64,000 bases of DNA from Stegostoma tigrinum (lineage: Eukaryota). Location of the stretch: the NCBI RefSeq assembly GCF_030684315.1, contig NC_081394.1:2666001-2730000 (forward strand), written 5' to 3'. Made by a program: the position numbers and the translations under genes. Under the pieces are notes generated by a model. It did no database searches. It saw nothing but the letters and a program-made list of their open reading frames with translations, and was not told the DNA's origin. Below are positions 57,185 to 64,000 of the stretch, piece by piece; the first letter of the stretch is position 1; each line of letters starts with the position of its first letter.

Positions 57185-58800
57185 TGGCAAAGATCTGTAA
57201 CTCAGGTTGCAGATGAGGTTGCTGACTTGCTCACTGATCTTTGCCGAAACTTTGAACAGCTACAGGCATAACACGCTAAAAACAGCTCGACAGTGGGACA
57301 CCTTCGCCAGCCGACTGAGCTCGTCCCCGCGAACAACTTCACTTTCTCCACAAATGCCTCGGGAACCAGGCACTGCCCTGCAACGTGAAACACGGAGCTT
57401 CACTCAACAACCTAAATAAAGGCAAATAAAATAGCCGAGCAGAATGGACGCAGAATGCCACGAGCACTGAGTAATGATGCCCATTATTAACTCCAAAGGT
57501 ACGAATGAGAAATTGCATGCCAAAAATCACAGTATCTCAACTATGCAGACCAGCAATGGGCTACAACCCTAGAACAGGCCATCAACATCAGCCAACGCAA
57601 AACCAAAACTAAGAACAGATGTGAACTACAGGAGAAACTTGCCGAACTGATCCACCACAAAAACAGGGAAAACAATAGTATCAGAGATAATGGGATCGGA
57701 CACATGGGTAAGAAACTTATCTATTAGACAACAGAAACTGAGAAAGATGTCCTATTATTCAGGGCTGTACTATAATAGCAAAGATGTGAACAGAACAGAC
57801 TTCATGACCACTCTGGAAAATACATGAAACGGCAACAAATTCATGGACAAAACGCCACCATCCCCCTGGAAAACTATAATCGCCACACGTCGCAGAAGGA
57901 ACAAAGGCGACACCCTGAGCACAGCAGAGGGAAAAGCACTAGATAAACTCGGGAAAGACAAGAACATCACAGTCCTACCAGCAGACAAAGGGAGCATGGC
58001 TTTCATTATGAACAAACCAGGTAACGTTAACAAAGCACAGGCATTGCTCGCAGATACAAACACTTAACAACAGGTGGCGATAGGCTCAACGCAACAGCTG
58101 GGTAATAGAGATAGTAAGAGCTGCCGATGCTGTAGAATCTGAGACAACAAGGTGTGGAGCTGGATGGACACAGCAGGCCAAGCAGCATCTCAGGAGCAGG
58201 AAAGCTGACGTTTTGGGCTTAGACTCTTCTTCAGAAATGGGGGAGGGGAAAGGGGTTCTGAGATAAATAGGGAAGACAAGGGGAGGCAGATAGAAGATGG
58301 ATAGAGGAGAAGATAGGTGGAGAGGAGACAGACTAATACAGGGCAGAGGCATTGCTTGCAGATACAATCACTTACCAAAAGGTGGCGATAGTCCCATCAC
58401 CGCAGCGAAGTAATAGGATCGCCCAGGCACTGAAGAGACTAAAGGATGCAAGGCAGATAACCAAAACAGGCAGTGAAACCAAAAGGCACAAACACCCCCT
58501 CCTCCTATGGGCTTCCTAAATTACACAAACCAGACACCCCCCTCAGGCCCGCTGTCTCCCTACCACGCACAACTTCACAAAAACTGGCCAAGGACCTGCA
58601 ACAGAGATTGAAACACCGATCAGATGGATCACCACACTCCATCCACCCAACTCAAGACGAGCTCGATACCCTGAAGGACATAAAAATCAGCGATGATGAG
58701 ATTATGGTATCCTTTGACATCACCTGCTTTCTTCACATCAATTGACATCCCAATAGCCAAAGAAACAAATTACTAGAGGATCCAGCGACGCAGACCAGCA
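57185..58800 (+). mobile_element. Heavily decayed Penelope-like element 5' half with a nested pLTR (58108-58335)
   Basis: ITVLPADKG, YGLPKLHKPDTPLRP.VS and DEIMVSFDI RT motifs. Confidence 0.75.
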
Positions 58801-59714
58801 AAAAAATAAGACAGATCGGCGAGCCAGTCAACAACTTTCATACATCGTCCATAGAGCCATTAGCACAGGCAAGCAAGGGAGCCTTTATGAGCAACCAGTT
58901 TGACCTCTTCTGGTTTAATTCTGGACATCACACTTTTGAAGAGACATTAAGATGTTGGGGAGGATTGCTAAGAGGAGCCACATTCAAATAAATTCAGGAA
59001 CACGTGGACCTGTAGGAATTTCTTCAGTTAGCTCTTACTGATTGGTGCTGTATGATCAAGGAACCAAAGATGACTTGATGATGTAGTTGTACAAACAGTG
59101 AGTTGGTGCGATCAGGAATCCATGGTGAGATGATTTGTCAGAAGCAGATGCAATAAGAGGCCAATTCACAAGAAGTAATGGCCTATTGTTTTTACTGCTG
59201 GAGTAAGGAGCCAGAAGCTCAGCTAACATTCTGAGGATCTGGGTTCAAATCCTGCCACAACAGATATGTGAATTTAATTTTCAAAAAAATAATCTGGAAT
59301 CAAAAATCTATGGATGACCATGATTGTCAGGAACAGCCCGTCTGGCTCATTAATAAGATAGCAAGAACTGCAGATGCTGGGGTCAGAGATAAGAGTGTGA
59401 AGCAGGAGGAACACAGCAGGCCAGGCAGCATCAGGGGAGCAGGAAAGTTAACGTTTTGGGTCGGGACCCTTCTTCAGCCCATTTCTGAAAAGGGGTCCTG
59501 ACCTGAAATGTCAAGTTTCCTGCTCCTCTGATGCCACCCGGCCTGCTGTGTTCCCCCAGCTGCATACTTTGCTGCCTCTGCTCATTAATGCCATTCAGGG
59601 GAGAGCTCTGGTCTGGCCGACATGTGACTCCAGACCCACAGCAATGTGGTTGACTCTCAAGTGCCTCCTGCAAGCCACTCAGATCAAGGGCAGCTAGGGG
59701 TAGACATGCAGGAG

Positions 59715-62700
59715 TAGACTGGACAGTTTGAGTTATCAGGAGAGGCTTGATAGGCTGGGATTTCCTTCCTCTGGAGAAGCGGAGGGCGATGGGTGGCCTT
59801 ATAGAGGTTTAGAAAATCATGAGGGACATGGATAAAAGGTGAATAGAAAGGTCTCTTCCCCAGGGTACAGGAGTCCAAAATTGGAGGACATGGGCTTAAG
59901 GCGAGAGGGGAAGGGTTTAAAAGGGACCTGAGGGGCAACTTTTTCATGCAGAGGGTGGTGCGTGTATGGAATTGGCAGTGGTGGAGGCTGGTTCAGTGAC
60001 ATTTGGACATGTACATGGATAGGAAGGGTTTAGAGGGATATGGGCCAAATGCTGGCAAATTAGACGAGTTCAGTTTAGGATACCTGGTTGGCATGGACGG
60101 GTTGAACTGAAGGGACTGTTTTGGTGTTGTATGACTACGACTTATTTTTGAATAATAAAATATTGCATAAGCACTTAAGGATACACACACATATAGGGCC
60201 ACATGGGCAGCAGCTGGGGAGATGAGAATGGATTACATGGGCTTGATGGGCTGAAGGGCCTCAGCTGCTCCAATGATGTGGTGATTGTTCATAGAGGTTC
60301 CAAAAAGGATTATCATCACATCATTTCAATCAACAACAAGGGTAAATGTACCAGAGGAGTGGAACAGACTGTGACACTATGAAAACAAGCGAAAGAACTG
60401 AGGAAGGGTCACTGGACCTAAAACATTAACTCTGTGTTTTCCTTCACAGATGCTGCCAGACCTGCTGAGCTATGACATTAACAACCTGATCAACTCACAT
60501 TATGAGCAGAATGCAAATATAATAGGCAATGAGGAAAGCATATCACCACACTGCAATGTTTATAGTTTCATATATATCCAAAGGAATATACAACTGAGTT
60601 AATATGTTATTTGCAATCAGTTTTGGCTGACAACATTTGACATAGAAGATAGTTATTTTATACGATAGCATTAATGTTTTCCAAAATATAACATATTAAC
60701 AATGACATTAAGAGAGCTCAGCAAACAGTTCAATAACCACAAGGCACAAAATGTCTTTGAGTAAGATTCAAGTGAATTTGAGGAGCAGTGAGAGGGTGAC
60801 AGGGCTCTGAAATTCGTTGCCCGAAATCATCATAAATGGACAAACCAGCACAACAATTTAAAATGAAAATCTCTTGTATATTCATTTGGAATGCTGCAAT
60901 ATACCAAGCTGTGGACTGAATGAAGTGGGATCAGATTAGATAGCTGTTTATCAAGAGGCATATACATGAAAAACAGAATGGCCTCCTTCCATAGTATAAA
61001 TTTGCACGATCCTTCAAAAAGAAACAGTTGCATTCAATGTGTTGGTGTGACCACATCTGGAGTACTATGGGCTGTTTTGGCTTCCTTATTTAACAAAAGC
61101 TACTACTTCATTGGAGACAGTTCACAGAAGGTTCACTGGGATGATTCCCATTACAGAGGGATTGTTTTATGAGCAAAGGTTAAACAGGTTGGGACTCTAC
61201 TCGTTGGAGTTTAGACAAATGAGAGGTGATTTCATCGAAACAGATGTGACCCCTAAGGGGCTTAAACAGGGTCAATGCTGCGAGGATGTGTACCCTCATG
61301 GGAGAATCTCAGACCAGAGGGCACAGTCTCAGAATAAAAGGGAGCCAATCTAAGACTGAGATGAGGAAGAATTTCTTCTCTCAGATGGTTGAGAGTTTCA
61401 GGAACTCCTTGCCACAGAGAGCTGTGGGAGCTGAGTCCTTGAGTATATTTAAGGCTGAGATAGATCAACAGGGGAATCAAGATTCACGGGGAAATGGCAG
61501 GAACGTGGATCAGACATGATCCTGTCGAATGGTAGAGCAGGATGGTCTACTCCTGTCTTATGGTCATTCCTGCTGCTGGTATTACATTGCTTTTCAATGT
61601 GGGATGTGGCTACAGGATCTGTTGGCTGACTTCGTGGTCTCAGGGTATCAGATGTGCGTGGGCTTCTGTGTAAATTTGCACCTTTCATGGTGTGGCGGTA
61701 GTGTCTCTGCCTGTGAGCCAGGAGGCCTGCGTTCAAGTTCCACCTGCTCCAGATGCATGCCATAACATCTCTGACAGGTTCTTTTAAAAAAGTATGGACA
61801 GTCATGATTGTGTTATCACCATCAATGATAGGGTTGGCCACTGATTGATCAAAATGCACACATTAATGTGACTACCTACCTGTAAACTAAATTTTAAACA
61901 TCACATCACTCCGTAATGAACGGAATAAATCTATTTGTGTTTGAGAACACTATAGACAGTGCCTTCTGAATCAACATCATCCTCATGGCAATATTTCTTC
62001 GGCAATCTCACATTCTGCTGTTGGATATTCACAGATGTGTACACAATTTCACTGGGGCACTGTTGAAAAATAACATGTTTTGCCATGGTGAAAACTTTTA
62101 TCAATGCGCGTTACTCTGCCTTTCAGTTGCAGGCTTCGGTCAGCAAAATATCGACATTTCAACGCGAGACAAGCGAGTACTCAATGAACAGCAAGACCCT
62201 TGGGAGCTCAGAGGAGCATCTTGGAGTTCTTGTCCATAGACCCCCTGAAAGTGGCAAGACTGGCTAAGAAGTGGTTAATAAGACGGCCACAGGGACAGGG
62301 AGCTGTACAGAACCTTTTTGAGGTCACAGTTAGACTGATGCAACCTGGAGCTGGAGAAACACGGCAGGCCAGGCTGCACCAGAGGAGCAAGAGAGTCAAT
62401 GTCTTCATCAGAACTGGAGCCCCCTGTGCAGGTTTGATCTCCACACTACAGGAAGGCTGTGGTTGCACTGGAGAGGCAGATAAGCCAGGATGTTGCCCCA
62501 GGAAGGAGCAGTTTAGCGATGAAGAGAGAGACTGGATAAGCTCGGCTTGTTTTCTTTGGAGCAGGGAAAGCGGGAGCGGGACCTGATAGAAGTGTATAAG
62601 ATTAGGAGGGGCATGGACAGCATGGGCAGGAACCGACTGTTCCTCTTCGTCAAAGGGGTCAACAACAAGGGAAGCGTCATTTGAAAGTGAAGGTCTAGAG

Positions 62701-62925
62701 GTTTAGAGGGGTTTTGAGGGACCTATGTTTCGCCCAAAGGGTCTGGGATGCAATGCTGGGAGGGTGGGTTGAGGTGGGAAATCTCATGACCTTTTACAAA
62801 GCACTTGGGAATGTCAAAATATTCAATGCTATGGGCCTAGGACAGGAAATTAGGACTAGTGTAGATTTAGTGTATTTTAACAGTACAGACTCAATGGGCC
62901 AAAGGACCTCTGCTATAGCATGACA
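59715..62925 (+). mobile_element. Series of old CR1 3' fragments (59715-60140, 61040-61565, 62170-62925)
   Basis: RRFTGMIP..LNRLGLYSLEFR.MRGD and similar remnants. Confidence 0.7.
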
Positions 62926-63504
62926 GCTGTGAATAAGAACAACCAGAATATCTTGTTTGACAAGTGGCAGCGATGCCTTAAGCAATAATCTGCAAAGTTA
63001 GAACTAATGGTCTTTCACCCATAACCAATGACTGTCCCTGAATGGGCCATTTCTGAAGAAGGGTCTAGGCCCGAAACATCAGCCTTCCTGCTCCTCTGAT
63101 GCTGCTTGGCCCTGCTGTGTTCATCCAGCTCTACACCTTGTTATCCCTGAACTGACATCGGTGTCTCCCTCAACATCCTGACTGTGGGAAGGGCTGGTAC
63201 TGATGATACATGAACACCAACTCAGTAACAACCGGGTAATTTATTATTACATGCGATTGAGGACCAGGAATTGACCAGGGAAAAGGAGACAGCAACCCCA
63301 CACCAAACCAAAGTTCTGTTTTTGCATGCATTATAGGCAAATCATACTGTATAAAGTGAGTTAGGGTAGTAAAACAGGGCGAAGGATACAATGTTGTGGT
63401 TGCAGAGACGTGCACAAAGAGAGAGATCAACATTAGATATAAAATTTGAGAGATCTATTCCGTAGTCCATTAACAGCAGGGAAGAAACTGTTCTTGAATC
63501 TATT

Positions 63505-63710
63505 GATAACAAAATGTGAGGCTGGATGGACACAGCAGGCCAAGCAGCATCTCAGGAGCACAAAAGCTGACGTTTCGGGCCTTCTCTGATGAAGGGTCGA
63601 GGCCCGAAACGTCAGCTTTTGTGCTCCTGAGATGCTGCTTGGCCTGCTGTGTTCATCCAGCTCCACACTTTGTTATCTCGGATTCTCCAGCATCTGCAGT
63701 TCCCATTAGC
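63505..63710. mobile_element. Palindromic Penelope pLTR fold-back with hammerhead motif (63584-63616) and about 17-bp target duplication
   Basis: tcttgaatc(t/c)attgata on both sides. Confidence 0.75.
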
Positions 63711-64000
63711 TCTTGAATCCATTGATATGTGTGTTTAAGCCTTTCTGCCTGACTTGAAGAGGTTGGAAGATTTTGTAGCTGGAGTGGGAGGGTTCTTTGA
63801 TGATGTTGGCTGTCTTCCCGAGGAATTGGGAACTGTAGACGGAGTCAATAGATGGAAGGTTGGCCTGCTTGATGGTCTGGGTAGCATTCGCAACTTCTCT
63901 GTAGTTTCTTAGAGCCCTGGGCAAAGCAGATAGACCACTTTCTACGGTGCACCCATAAAATTGATGTGTCTTTCTGGAAGTGAATTCTCCTGAGCCTCCT

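Overview
Repeat-rich vertebrate genomic DNA, most likely an elasmobranch (shark), judged from HE1/V-SINE-like and Deu-SINE-like elements, abundant CR1 LINEs and Penelope-like elements. N-runs fall inside simple repeats. Reading splice sites by hand recovers a complete 10-exon gene on the + strand (ATG 14838 to TGA 49377, 402 aa). It encodes a type I membrane protein with a nectin/PVR-type V-C-C ectodomain, an uncharged TM helix, and a short tail carrying an ITT-like motif (EEVYINIP) and an intron-split ITAM-like motif (YTSV-x7-YSDL) instead of the afadin-binding C-terminus of classical nectins. Head-to-head with it, ATGs about 5.9 kb apart, is the 5' end of a second gene (- strand; leader 8938-8887, V exon 726-388). 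Its leader exon is unrelated, but its IgV exon is about 98% identical (6 differences in 339 nt), and flanking identity collapses about 120 bp upstream. I infer a gene-conversion-homogenised paired immune receptor system built on a nectin scaffold. The rest is transposons: a near-full-length decayed CR1, two long Penelope copies, many hammerhead-bearing Penelope terminal repeats and fold-backs, Gypsy-type LTRs, SINEs with expanded internal 52-bp arrays, and micro/minisatellites. All identities were estimated by eye; no database searches were run.
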